A stretch of DNA of 52,316 bases from a virus (taxonomy: Duplodnaviria; Caudoviricetes). Below are positions 1-8,488 of this stretch, in pieces (position 1 is the first letter of the stretch; each line of letters starts with the position of its first letter). The stretch lies in the IMG/VR virus record IMGVR_UViG_3300043481_000001, positions 1 to 52,316 of that record; one strand, written 5' to 3'. A program made the position numbers and the translations under genes. The notes under the pieces were generated by a model. That model saw nothing but the letters and a program-made list of their open reading frames with translations, ran no database searches and was not told the DNA's origin.

Positions 1-327
1 GTGCCGGAGCTTCCCTATGTCAACTTCTACTGCTCCGACTGGCTGGGAGACACCAAGGTCCGGCGGATGTCGCACGAGCAGCGCGGCATTCATATCGACC
101 TTCTCTGCCACGCCTGGGGCGAAGACGACGGAGCGATTCCGGCCGACCCTGACGAGCTGGCCCACCTCCTCGGCGTCACCCGCCGCAAGCTCGATTCCCT
201 CTGGCCGAAGGTCGGCGTTGCCTGGGAATCGAACGGCAACGGCGGGCTGGTCAACCCTCGCCTTGAGAGAGAGCGGGCAAAGCAACAGGCCAAACGAAAC
301 GCGCGCAAAGGCGGATCAGATGGCTAA
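1..327 (+). CDS. DUF1376/YdaU-like phage replication initiator, N-terminal wHTH part
   Basis: PYVNFYCSDWLGDT..MSHEQRGIHIDLLCHAW..GAIP..LVNPRLERE pattern typical of DUF1376. Confidence 0.75.
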   Translation: MPELPYVNFYCSDWLGDTKVRRMSHEQRGIHIDLLCHAWGEDDGAIPADPDELAHLLGVTRRKLDSLWPKVGVAWESNGNGGLVNPRLERERAKQQAKRNARKGGSDG

Positions 328-736
328 CAAAACGCGATCAAACGCCGATCAAAACGCGATCAAAAACGGACCAAAAGCTGCCCATCAGAGATCAGAGATC
401 AGAGATCAGAAAAAGAAAGGGGAAGGGCTATACGTCCATAGTCCTAACCCTTCCCCTTACCCCGCTCACCTTGAAGTCTGGAAAATCCTCAAGGGCGGTC
501 TCGATTCGCTGGACCTGAACGACTACGGCCGCCCATGGCCCAATCCTCGCCGCGACGTAATCGCTCGGTTGCTCGGCGAGAACGATCGCGATCTGTGCAT
601 TCGCGCAGCGTGGGAAGCCCGAGAGATCGTCCAGGGCCAAGACCGGGCGCCGAACATCACCCGCCTTTTTGCCATGAAGCTCGAAGAGTTGGCTGAGGTG
701 CGCAGCACGGTTCGCAACGCCCTGGAGCGACCATGA
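320..736 (+). CDS. Probable C-terminal part or partner of the replication initiator
   Basis: ATG at 320 within ORF 17..736; low-complexity linker with DNA repeats, then a helical domain; ATGA overlap with the next gene. Confidence 0.6.
   Translation: MANKTRSNADQNAIKNGPKAAHQRSEIRDQKKKGEGLYVHSPNPSPYPAHLEVWKILKGGLDSLDLNDYGRPWPNPRRDVIARLLGENDRDLCIRAAWEAREIVQGQDRAPNITRLFAMKLEELAEVRSTVRNALERP
329..410 (+). repeat. Iteron-like repeats, candidate phage origin
   Basis: About four AAACGCGATCA-like units (329-376), then ATCAGAG x~4 (384-410) and an A-rich tract. Confidence 0.6.
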
Positions 737-1056
737 CCACGGCCGTAGAAGCCCAGCGCCAGAGAAGCCTCGAACAGGCGAATGCAGTCCGCGGGGCGCG
801 CTCGGAACTCAAGGCCGCTCTTGCCTCCGGTCGCCTCTCTCTCGCCGAGGTTCTCGAGGCGGATCGGGAGTGGGTCGGGACGATGCGCATCTCCACCTTG
901 CTCCTTGCTGTCCGTCGCCTCGGCCCGGTCAAGGTCCGCCGCGCCCTCGATGCCAACCGCATCAGCCCGTCCCTGACGCTGGAGCACTTCCCGCAGCACC
1001 GGCGGCAGCAGCTTCTGAAATGGCTCCGCGTCAACTGCCCGAGGTCGGTCGTATGA
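733..1056 (+). CDS. Actinobacterial integration host factor (mIHF/sIHF) homologue
   Basis: RSLEQANAVRGARSELKAAL..GRLSLAEVL..MRISTLLLAVRRLGPVKVRRAL..ISPS..RRQQLL follows the mIHF H2TH pattern and size. Confidence 0.85.
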   Translation: MTTAVEAQRQRSLEQANAVRGARSELKAALASGRLSLAEVLEADREWVGTMRISTLLLAVRRLGPVKVRRALDANRISPSLTLEHFPQHRRQQLLKWLRVNCPRSVV

Positions 1057-1427
1057 AGACCCGATTCTGGCCGGAAGAGACCCACGAAAAGCGTGCCGAA
1101 GGCTGTCGAATCTGTGGTGCGTCCGAAGTGGAGTTGGCCCACGTCACGGGGCGGAGCCACGACCGTCCCCGCCAGTTACCCACTCGTCCAACGAAAGCCG
1201 TCTACGTCGAGCCGGAGTCAGTAATCCCACTCTGCCCCGATCACCACAGGGCCTACGACGCTCACGAAATAGACATCCTTCAGTACCTCCGCGCCCCCGA
1301 ACAGATCAGGGCCGTAGAAGACCTCGGGTCGATCGAATCCGCTCGTAGAAGGCTCTGTCCAAGCGAGTTCTTGCCGTCCCCACAACGCGAGGCGGTCACC
1401 GCCGCCTCAGATCGGAATAGCGAATGA
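1053..1427 (+). CDS. HNH-like Zn-binding nuclease
   Basis: CRICG..ELAHV..VIPLCPDHHRAYD; ATG 1053 overlaps the upstream stop (ATGA). Confidence 0.7.
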   Translation: MKTRFWPEETHEKRAEGCRICGASEVELAHVTGRSHDRPRQLPTRPTKAVYVEPESVIPLCPDHHRAYDAHEIDILQYLRAPEQIRAVEDLGSIESARRRLCPSEFLPSPQREAVTAASDRNSE

Positions 1428-2206
1428 GTACTGCAACCGCAGAGCTACGCGCCTACCACGGCAACGAGGAGTTGAAGGAGGAGACGGTCGCCAAGGCCCG
1501 GATGCACCGGGAGGCAAGCGAGTTCGTCAAGAACGAGTACTTCTCCAAGAACGGCAAGACCAAAGTCTGCGCCGTTGGCTGCATCACCGAAGACCCGAAC
1601 GGCGGCCACGACCAGTACCCGACCCACTGGGGAATCCCGGAATGGCTGGCCTACCTGGAGGAGGAGATCTTTACGGGCCTCCCCGACGAGAAGATCGCAG
1701 CCTGGCCAGAACGCTTCCTCGCTGCCATCCCAGTCGGGGCTGACTTCGATGGTCTCGCTGACCGTCTCGCAATCCGCCGCCTCAAGGAGGAGTGCCTACC
1801 GCTGAGCGGTCACTGGCCTGAGTCGATCCGAGCGCAGGTAGTCGCCTCGATCGAGCAGACCATCGCTGCGCTCGAAGGTAAGGGTGACCGTGAAGCGGCG
1901 GAGTCGGCGGCGTGGTCGGCGCGGTCGGCGGCGTGGTCGGCGGCGGAGTCGGAGGCGGAGTCGGCGCGGTCGGCGGCGTGGTCGGCGGCGGAGTCGGCGC
2001 GGTCGGCGGCGGAGTCGGCGCGGTCGGCGTGGTCGGCGGCGGAGTCGGCGCGGTCGGCGGCGGAGTCGGCGCGGTCGGCGGCGGAGTCGGCGCGGTCGGC
2101 GCGGTCGGCGCGGTCGGCGGCGTGGTCGGCGGCCTTCGAGCGTGAAGCCGATCGCCTCATTGCCGAGTTGGAGGCACTTCCCGTCCGGGAGACCTCGGCC
2201 GCATGA
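1424..2206 (+). CDS. Phage protein with AAWSAAESAR low-complexity repeat
   Basis: Globular N-terminus (CAVGC..GIPEWLAYLEEEIF) followed by a SA(A)W/E/R repeat tract. Confidence 0.85.
   Translation: MSTATAELRAYHGNEELKEETVAKARMHREASEFVKNEYFSKNGKTKVCAVGCITEDPNGGHDQYPTHWGIPEWLAYLEEEIFTGLPDEKIAAWPERFLAAIPVGADFDGLADRLAIRRLKEECLPLSGHWPESIRAQVVASIEQTIAALEGKGDREAAESAAWSARSAAWSAAESEAESARSAAWSAAESARSAAESARSAWSAAESARSAAESARSAAESARSARSARSAAWSAAFEREADRLIAELEALPVRETSAA
1895..2133 (+). repeat. Coding tandem repeat of 9/12-bp units
   Basis: Interspersed GCGGTCGGC, GGAGTCGGC and GTGGTCGGC units with optional GGC. Confidence 0.95.
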
Positions 2207-2451
2207 GCTGCTCAGCAGCTTTCAGAAGGGCAGAGGGGCGCCGGAAACTCTTCCGGGCCGCCTCTTCTGCCCAGCGTCGAACACTGGCGAAGCTCTCGAA
2301 GCAGGCCGGGGTAGTGCTGCCCGAGGTCCACCAAAAGGCTGAAGCCTCGAAGGCGCTCGATGGCCTGACGCGCTTCCTTACCCAGCCTCAGTTAGACGGG
2401 TTCGGGGACTCGACACAGGGGCTCTCCGATATCGAGAGGGAGGCGGCCTAG
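2203..2451 (+). CDS. Hypothetical phage protein
   Basis: ATGA coupling; ends in EAA like other genes of this operon. Confidence 0.65.
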   Translation: MSCSAAFRRAEGRRKLFRAASSAQRRTLAKLSKQAGVVLPEVHQKAEASKALDGLTRFLTQPQLDGFGDSTQGLSDIEREAA

Positions 2452-2551
2452 TGGACACCCTGGTCTGTTACCCCCGTCCGATAGTCGCGAAGAAGGCGAC
2501 GCCGATCTCCCGTGCCAAGGAACGGAGAGGGAGGCGGCCCTACCTCCGATC

Positions 2552-2695
2552 ATGCGACTCATCCTCGAAATCCTCGCGCTCTCCCCTTTCGTCAGGTGGG
2601 CGCTCAGGGCTGATCGAGGGGAACTGCTCGAAGGCGCCGGCTCCGCTCTTCTCGCCTGCCTCGGCCTCTTCGTGCTGCACCACCTCGGCTTGTAG
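2552..2695 (+). CDS. Possible 47-aa hydrophobic protein (not in ORF track)
   Basis: MRLILEILALSPFVRWALRADRGELLEGAGSALLACLGLFVLHHLGL; looks more protein-like than the Ser-rich 2451..2741 frame. Confidence 0.4.
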   Translation: MRLILEILALSPFVRWALRADRGELLEGAGSALLACLGLFVLHHLGL

Positions 2696-2737
2696 TTCCA
2701 GCTTCCAGCAATCCAACCAAGGAGAGGAAGGCAGCAA

Positions 2738-2932
2738 ATGAGCGCAAGCATTGACGAGAGGATCGCCACGAAGGAAGCGGAGATCCGCAAGAGCAACGAG
2801 CACTTCGACGGCCTCAGTTCTAACCGCCGCGGCAACGAACGTCTCTTTCACGGTCACGCCCAGGCAACTCGCCACGGCGAACTGAACGCGCTCAAGGAGC
2901 TTCGGAACCAAGGAGGCAGCGATGGCTGCTGA
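2738..2932 (+). CDS. Hypothetical phage protein
   Basis: Purine-rich SD upstream; overlaps the next start. Confidence 0.65.
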   Translation: MSASIDERIATKEAEIRKSNEHFDGLSSNRRGNERLFHGHAQATRHGELNALKELRNQGGSDGC

Positions 2933-3860
2933 GACTCTGACGTTTACCGGCCGGCTTGTCGTGAACGTGTGCTGGTGCGGAATCCGGCACGCGGTTCCGA
3001 GGGAGCTTGACAGTCTCCAACTGCGCCAGCACGACAACGGCGAGCAGATACGGGCGATCTACTGCCCGCTCGGTCACGAGTACATACCGAGCGGCGAATC
3101 GAAGACCGCGAAGCTCGAACGGCGCCTCCAACGTGAATCCGAGGAACGCGCCCGAGTAGCTGCCGAACGCGACCAGACCCAGGGCGTCCGCGTCAACAAG
3201 GCCGCGTTCGAGCGCGAAGCAGATCGCGCGGGCCGAGCCGAGGCAGCACTAGCCCAAGAGAGAGAGCGGGTCGCCCACCTCAACAATCGAGTCGCCGAAG
3301 CCCGCTACTGGCTAGAAGGCGGCGATTCAGACACCGCCCTCGCCACCCTCATCCCTTCCGAGGAGAGCGAGAAGCAACCCGACCCGGAGCCGGAGAAGTG
3401 CCCGAGGTGCGGCAGCGACGATCCGGAGTTCGCCTACGACCTGAGTCGGCCAGAGAACCCCCGCCAGCCCGTCGTCTGGTTTAGCAGCGATGACAGCGTC
3501 AACTGGGTTTGCCCGGACCAGTTTCACCGTGAGCCCGACCCCCAGCCCGACCCAGAGGAGGGGCGGGAGCCGGCGAAGCGCGCAAGCGGCTGGCCGACGA
3601 TTCTCGCCGGGGACGGCGCCGAAGTGAAGATCGGGGACGAGGTCCGATCGGTCACTCTGGATTGGGGCGCCCTGACGGTCTCGGGCTTTTCAACCCAGAC
3701 GCCGAATTCCAGCGGCGCGACCCTCTTCGCGGTTGGGCCGGACGTGGAGGGCCAGATGCCCTGGCACCTCGATGCGACCGACGACCCCGCGGTCTTCCGC
3801 GCGAACTCGCTTCAACTCGACCCCGACTCCAATCCGAAGAGAGGTGGAACCGATGGCTGA
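2922..3860 (+). CDS. Mosaic Zn-finger/coiled-coil phage protein
   Basis: SD AAGGAGG; CWCG..YCPLGH, coiled coil, CPRC..CPDQFH modules. Confidence 0.75.
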   Translation: MAAETLTFTGRLVVNVCWCGIRHAVPRELDSLQLRQHDNGEQIRAIYCPLGHEYIPSGESKTAKLERRLQRESEERARVAAERDQTQGVRVNKAAFEREADRAGRAEAALAQERERVAHLNNRVAEARYWLEGGDSDTALATLIPSEESEKQPDPEPEKCPRCGSDDPEFAYDLSRPENPRQPVVWFSSDDSVNWVCPDQFHREPDPQPDPEEGREPAKRASGWPTILAGDGAEVKIGDEVRSVTLDWGALTVSGFSTQTPNSSGATLFAVGPDVEGQMPWHLDATDDPAVFRANSLQLDPDSNPKRGGTDG

Positions 3861-4077
3861 GCCCCGCGAGCTGACCGTCGGCGAGCGGGAGGCAATGGAC
3901 CGGCTTGAGAAAGCCCTTGCCTCTGTCCCCGACACGCTGGTCCTCTACTTCAATGAGTCGGGCATCCACGTCTTCGACCCGGCGGACTGGCTCGACGCGG
4001 ACAACTCCTTGAAGGTCGAGGAGCTGCACATCGACCACCGCCGTATTCGCTGCCGTTACGACACGGGAGCGCTCTAG
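3853..4077 (+). CDS. Hypothetical phage protein
   Basis: ATG 3853 with GAGGTG SD, in frame with ORF 3733..4077. Confidence 0.7.
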   Translation: MAEPRELTVGEREAMDRLEKALASVPDTLVLYFNESGIHVFDPADWLDADNSLKVEELHIDHRRIRCRYDTGAL

Positions 4078-4395
4078 ATGCCCACCCCACCACTACAGGG
4101 ACCAGGGCTTACCGATCAGGTGGCGGCCTTGGAGGCGCGCGTCCGTTTCGACCGTGACCGAGGAATCGAGGCCGAGCAGAGGTTCGACGCCGTGGTTGGG
4201 ATGCTGCTCCGCGGCGAGAAGGTCTGCATCCGTTGCTGGGAGTCGGAGAGCCGACACGCGCCCGGTCCCGCGACCCCGCCGCAAACCAAAGGTCACCTCG
4301 GCGCCACCGAGGACGCCTCCGGCTGCTGCAACGACTTCTTGGAGCTAACCCGCGAGAGATGGGAGGCCGGAGATGGCACCGGAATCGCAGCCTAA
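4078..4395 (+). CDS. Hypothetical Cys-containing phage protein
   Basis: Abuts the upstream stop; CIRC and CC motifs. Confidence 0.6.
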   Translation: MPTPPLQGPGLTDQVAALEARVRFDRDRGIEAEQRFDAVVGMLLRGEKVCIRCWESESRHAPGPATPPQTKGHLGATEDASGCCNDFLELTRERWEAGDGTGIAA

Positions 4396-5221
4396 GTCCG
4401 CCCCCCCACTACAAGAAGACGCCGAGCAGAACGCGCTTCTACAGGCCGCCAAGGCATTTGAGGCCCAGGCGTCCTGGATCGGCGACGACAAGGAGGCTGA
4501 CGGTGGCCGAGCGATTGACCGGCGGGACACCTACCTGACCTGCGCCAAATGGCTGCGAGATCGAGAGACCGAGCTATCCCAACGCGCTCTGGCTTCACCG
4601 CAGGAGGCTGGGGAGGGGCACCGGGTCGAGATCGAGTTCGACGGCTACGGCCCGGGTGTCAAGCTGATCCACCCCGAGGGCGGCTGCCCGCTGCCCAAAG
4701 GCGTCTGCGAAGATTGCGGAGCGGACCTCCAGGACCCGGAGAGCAAACGCTGCACTAGCTGCAACGAGATGGTTCCGGGCTGGTGCTGGGTCCAGGACTG
4801 GGTTGAGAACGAGGGCTACGAGCTGCTCCACGGCAAGGTCACGCTCCCCGTCGAGCCGGAGTGGGACGGCGACTCTTGCCGCCTCCACCTGCATCCCGCC
4901 GCCTCAGCCCAGCCCACCTCGGCACCACCGGTAGAGGAGGGCGACTCGACCGAGATCGTCGTCATTCGAGCCGGCGGCAAGTACGAGACCTTCGTCCCGA
5001 AAGAGCACGAGGTCACCCTGACCGCGGAGTGCCCCTGGTGCGCCAAGGCCAACCCGAATGTCTTGACGGTGGATGAGGCGAGTGCCGTAGTCGCCGCCAG
5101 CTTTGCCGAAGACCACGACGCGCGTGTGCTGGAGGCCACGATCAAGCGCCTTGGCGACTGGGTTGACGAGCAGGTCGGCGCCGCCCCAGCACCACTTAAG
5201 GCTGGAGAGGGGGAGGGCTAA
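4373..5221 (+). CDS. Hypothetical multi-CxxC phage protein
   Basis: GGGAGG SD; CEDC, CTSC and CPWC motifs. Confidence 0.75.
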   Translation: MAPESQPKSAPPLQEDAEQNALLQAAKAFEAQASWIGDDKEADGGRAIDRRDTYLTCAKWLRDRETELSQRALASPQEAGEGHRVEIEFDGYGPGVKLIHPEGGCPLPKGVCEDCGADLQDPESKRCTSCNEMVPGWCWVQDWVENEGYELLHGKVTLPVEPEWDGDSCRLHLHPAASAQPTSAPPVEEGDSTEIVVIRAGGKYETFVPKEHEVTLTAECPWCAKANPNVLTVDEASAVVAASFAEDHDARVLEATIKRLGDWVDEQVGAAPAPLKAGEGEG

Positions 5222-5299
5222 TGGGCGCCAAGGTCCGCTTTGCCGGCGGCGGTCCGCAGGCGGGTCACTCCAGCCTGACGATCGAGCGGGTGGTCCCGG

Positions 5300-6304
5300 A
5301 TGCCCACTAGCTCTACCCCGATACCTGATGCAGCGAGGCAGGCTCCGTTCCACGAAGAGGATGGGATCACGATCTACCACGGCGACTGTCGGGACCTGCT
5401 TCCCATCAAAGCCACGGTAACTGTGGTCGATCCCCCCTACGGCACCGGCTATTACCTGAGCGATGACGATTCGTTTAACCCGTCGGTCGTGGCGAGCCTT
5501 GCAGAGGCTGGGCCGTTGGCGGTCTTCGGTTGGCCTGAGGCTTTGTCGGCGGTCTGCTTGTCGCTTGGGAAGCGGGCCGACGAGTGGATCTGCTGGAACC
5601 CGACCAACGGCCGTGCCCGCGGATTCAATCGCCATGGACTCTGGCGCGAATCCGAGCACATCGCCATCTTCGGCAAGGGTGACTGGGCGAGACTTCGGCA
5701 GGCTCGGGTGAAAACCACGACGCCCATCCCGGACACCGGGCGTCGGGTGAAAGGCGCCACGGGAGACGTGCGCATGGGCGACGTTTGGACTGACCCGTCT
5801 CCGAATCTCAACCCCCGCCAACTTCACAAGCGCCACCACCCAAACGAGAAGCCGGTCCCCGTTCTAGAGCGGCTGATCCTCGCCCTCACCGAGCCGGGCG
5901 ACATTGTGCTCGATCCGTGCATGGGCAGCGGCACGACCCTCATCGCGGCGCGCAATTTAGGCCGTCGGGCGGTTGGCATTGAGATTGAGGAAAAGCACTG
6001 CCTGACCGCCGTTGAACGCCTCGGCCGCCCGACTCTGGAGATCGAAGCAGCTATTAGAGAGGTGGGGGGCTGCCCAGATATCTGGTGCCAGGAGTGCCGG
6101 GACCACGGCGTCATCTACACGGCGGGACCTGATGGTGGTCCTCATCCCTGCCGCGCTTGCGCGGAGCAGCGGCTGAACGAGCCGGACCCTTTCGATGAGG
6201 ACGAGGAACAGCCCGAGCCTTCATCCAGTGACCAGGAGGGGGAGGCGAAACGCACCGCACGGGCCAAGCTGCGGGCGGCTCTAGAGGAGGCTGAGAATGG
6301 CTGA
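5300..6304 (+). CDS. Orphan N6-adenine/N4-cytosine DNA methyltransferase (beta class) with C-terminal Cys-rich extension
   Basis: YHGDC, DPPY catalytic motif, HPNEKP, VLDPCMGSGTT SAM-binding motif, GIEIEE. Confidence 0.92.
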   Translation: MPTSSTPIPDAARQAPFHEEDGITIYHGDCRDLLPIKATVTVVDPPYGTGYYLSDDDSFNPSVVASLAEAGPLAVFGWPEALSAVCLSLGKRADEWICWNPTNGRARGFNRHGLWRESEHIAIFGKGDWARLRQARVKTTTPIPDTGRRVKGATGDVRMGDVWTDPSPNLNPRQLHKRHHPNEKPVPVLERLILALTEPGDIVLDPCMGSGTTLIAARNLGRRAVGIEIEEKHCLTAVERLGRPTLEIEAAIREVGGCPDIWCQECRDHGVIYTAGPDGGPHPCRACAEQRLNEPDPFDEDEEQPEPSSSDQEGEAKRTARAKLRAALEEAENG

Positions 6305-6731
6305 CCGCAAACGCTGTGTCTTCTGCCGACGGGAGATCGCTACCGACGAGGACTGGGAGGCGAACGCGACGCTCCCAAGCGACCGCGAAGACGCGGAGGC
6401 CGAGCGCCTTGGCCTGACGAAGCTCTGCTGGGAACAGGAAGACGAGTCTTGTCTTGCGCTTCTCGCCGAGTCGAGGCGGCCCACGAACCTTGAGTCCGCC
6501 TTGGAACAGCACGACGCCCTCTACCTAGCAGTGAAGGAAGAGATCGAGCGGCTTCGCGGATTAGCTGACGGCGCCGCCTCCAAAGGTGATGCGGAGATGT
6601 ACGGCGTGCGGGCGGACGAGCTTCAGGCCATCCTCGCCAAAGCCGAAGGGGACAACAGCAAGCTCGCCGCGGTAGACGTAGCCGAGGAAGAACGATGCGA
6701 TGCCCTTGAGTCCGAGGGGAGCGGGGAGTGA
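6297..6731 (+). CDS. Hypothetical phage protein
   Basis: GAGGAGG SD; CVFC motif. Confidence 0.7.
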   Translation: MADRKRCVFCRREIATDEDWEANATLPSDREDAEAERLGLTKLCWEQEDESCLALLAESRRPTNLESALEQHDALYLAVKEEIERLRGLADGAASKGDAEMYGVRADELQAILAKAEGDNSKLAAVDVAEEERCDALESEGSGE

Positions 6732-6889
6732 TGGCGCGGGCGGCTCGAAAGCGGCACACCCGCAAGAAGCGACGCCGCACCGCATCGGTCCTGAAGTGGG
6801 GTCCTGAGGCGGTTGCTCGCCATCGCACGCGGGCTGGTCGAACGGGCGGGGCGCACTTCAAGAAGCGACAGAGCAGGAGGAAGCCGTGA
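6731..6889 (+). CDS. Small Arg/Lys-rich protein, 52 aa (not in ORF track)
   Basis: TGATG and GTGA overlaps at both ends fill the gap exactly; MARAARKRHTRKKRRR... Confidence 0.55.
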   Translation: MARAARKRHTRKKRRRTASVLKWGPEAVARHRTRAGRTGGAHFKKRQSRRKP

Positions 6890-7248
6890 GCGAGACCGAC
6901 AAAGCCCGTGCTGACCGCCTTGAGCGCGAACTGGAGAAGGTTCAGCACAGCGTCTTCCGAAAGCGCCAGGAGATCCGCCACCTGATTCGCCAGCTAGACC
7001 AGTGGAAGCAGGACAACACGCCCACGGTGCTGCTCAAGAAAGAGATCGAGGGACTGCGCTCCAACATGGCCCGGATCAAGTTCAACGGCAAGAAGGCGGC
7101 GAAACAGCGGGACGACTTGCTGGCGGCAGTGGCAGACCTCGAAGAGCAAATCGCCTGGGACCCCGCCGCGTCGTCTCGCCGACTCTTCGCAGCAGCTCAG
7201 AAGGTAAGGGCTGAATGGGCCGATCCCACTAGGAGGGGAGAGGCATGA
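6886..7248 (+). CDS. Coiled-coil hypothetical protein
   Basis: AGGAGG SD; heptad-like pattern. Confidence 0.7.
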   Translation: MSETDKARADRLERELEKVQHSVFRKRQEIRHLIRQLDQWKQDNTPTVLLKKEIEGLRSNMARIKFNGKKAAKQRDDLLAAVADLEEQIAWDPAASSRRLFAAAQKVRAEWADPTRRGEA

Positions 7249-7907
7249 GCGATCTCTACGACTTCGTCCGCGAGAGCAACAAGATCGAGGGCATCGACCG
7301 GTGGCCGCTCGACAAGGAGATTAAGGCGCACGAGGACTTCCTGACGCTGCCGGCGATTCGGGTGGCGGATCTAGAGAACTTCGTCAAGGTTGTCGCTGGC
7401 GCACCGCTCCGGCGGCAAGAGGGGATGAACGTCCGCGTCGGCCGGCACTTCCCGGAGCCCGGAGGCCGAGGTATTGAGCTCGGCCTGGAAGAAGTCCTGC
7501 GGCGAGCCGTCCATGACCCAAGCCCGTGGGCGGTCCACGTCGCCTACGAGAAGCTGCACCCGTTCATGGATGGGAACGGCCGCTCGGGCCGTGCGCTCTG
7601 GGCCTGGATGCGGTTCCGTGAAGGCCAGGTCTTGGCCCTGGTAGCGCTGGTTCGAGTCCAGCCCCCCGGGCTCTTCTACGAAAGGAGCGTGCGTGACTTA
7701 CGACCCGACCGACTCAGGCGACCTCTTCGAGCTGCTGGAGGGGGACGGCCGCATTCAGTGCAAGGCGTGTGCGGAGATCGTCTTCGATCTCCAGGGCAAC
7801 CCGCTCCATCACTCCTGGGTTCAGGGTCTCCTTCGCCAGCACGCAGACAAGGAGACCATCGTCAACGGAAAGCCAGGCACCTGCGCCGGCTTTTGGAAGG
7901 GGAGTAG
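7245..7907 (+). CDS. Fic-domain protein, native C-terminus probably lost
   Basis: HPFMDGNGRSGR Fic motif; N-terminal SNKIEG inhibitory motif; frame runs through a tRNA remnant and the next gene. Confidence 0.85.
   Translation: MSDLYDFVRESNKIEGIDRWPLDKEIKAHEDFLTLPAIRVADLENFVKVVAGAPLRRQEGMNVRVGRHFPEPGGRGIELGLEEVLRRAVHDPSPWAVHVAYEKLHPFMDGNGRSGRALWAWMRFREGQVLALVALVRVQPPGLFYERSVRDLRPDRLRRPLRAAGGGRPHSVQGVCGDRLRSPGQPAPSLLGSGSPSPARRQGDHRQRKARHLRRLLEGE
7625..7670 (+). pseudogene. 3' two-thirds of a tRNA-Gln(TTG)-like gene
   Basis: CCAGG-TCTTGGC-CCTGG anticodon arm, TAGC, GCTGG-TTCGAGT-CCAGC T arm, CCCCCGG-G acceptor 3' strand; no D arm or 5' acceptor strand. Confidence 0.7.
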
Positions 7908-7911
7908 ATGA
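7693..7911 (+). CDS. Hypothetical Zn-ribbon-like protein
   Basis: GAAAGGAG SD before GTG; CKAC motif; overlaps the next start. Confidence 0.7.
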   Translation: MTYDPTDSGDLFELLEGDGRIQCKACAEIVFDLQGNPLHHSWVQGLLRQHADKETIVNGKPGTCAGFWKGSR

Positions 7912-8357
7912 AGCTCGACAAACAGACTCGCAAAGCCCTCTACAAAGCAGCGCCCAAGGCAATCGAAATCACCTGGCCCCAAGACGCCCCTCTTCCTAGC
8001 TGGGGCCATCGCTACCCGGTCTACACCGAAGAGGGCAACTACGCCTTCACGGTGCGCCTGGAGGCTTCTCACAAGGGTTCCTACGAGACGAAGGCGACGG
8101 TCAGGATCGACAAGGACCCAGCACGCATCCTCGTGGGCCTAAATGGTGTTCGGCGTGAGGACGGTGGTTATGAGACTGAGCCCGAGCGTGTCGATCAGGA
8201 CTACGAGGAACGGCTAGCGATGACTGGCAGCGCCAAGACGGCCATCAGCGGGGCCGAACATCGCCTCGAGGCAAGGCGTCAGAGCAACGAAGCGAAGGTT
8301 CGTACCGCCAAACCGAAGGGGCTGAAGACTCTTGAAAGGGTCGGGAAGGCGGCATAG
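7908..8357 (+). CDS. Hypothetical phage protein, last gene of the operon
   Basis: GAAGGGGAG SD; 149-aa ORF. Confidence 0.75.
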   Translation: MKLDKQTRKALYKAAPKAIEITWPQDAPLPSWGHRYPVYTEEGNYAFTVRLEASHKGSYETKATVRIDKDPARILVGLNGVRREDGGYETEPERVDQDYEERLAMTGSAKTAISGAEHRLEARRQSNEAKVRTAKPKGLKTLERVGKAA

Positions 8358-8488
8358 GGACTGTGTGCTGAAAGTTCCGCCGATCCGAGGTTCTAGAATG
8401 CAGCCAACGCTTGCCGCTCCTTCCCCGCATACTCGGGAAGCGGAGGTAGTGGCCGATTTGGTTTCGGGAGATCTCAGCGCCCGAACGA

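Noticed and set aside
1895-2133. Possible CRISPR array or DGR variable repeat
   Set aside because: Units are 9-12 bp without unique spacers; no cas or reverse transcriptase gene recognised in the window
1810-2342. ORFs in other frames over the repeat (poly-Arg, Val/Gly, ADRADS)
   Set aside because: Shadows of the GC-rich tandem repeat; only 1424..2206 has a globular domain and coupling
5221-5310. 29-aa ORF MGAKVRFAGGGPQAGHSSLTIERVVPDAH
   Set aside because: Has TAATG coupling but is too short and featureless to call; may be a gene remnant
5300-6304. Restriction-modification system
   Set aside because: No cognate endonuclease adjacent; orphan methyltransferases are common in phage accessory regions
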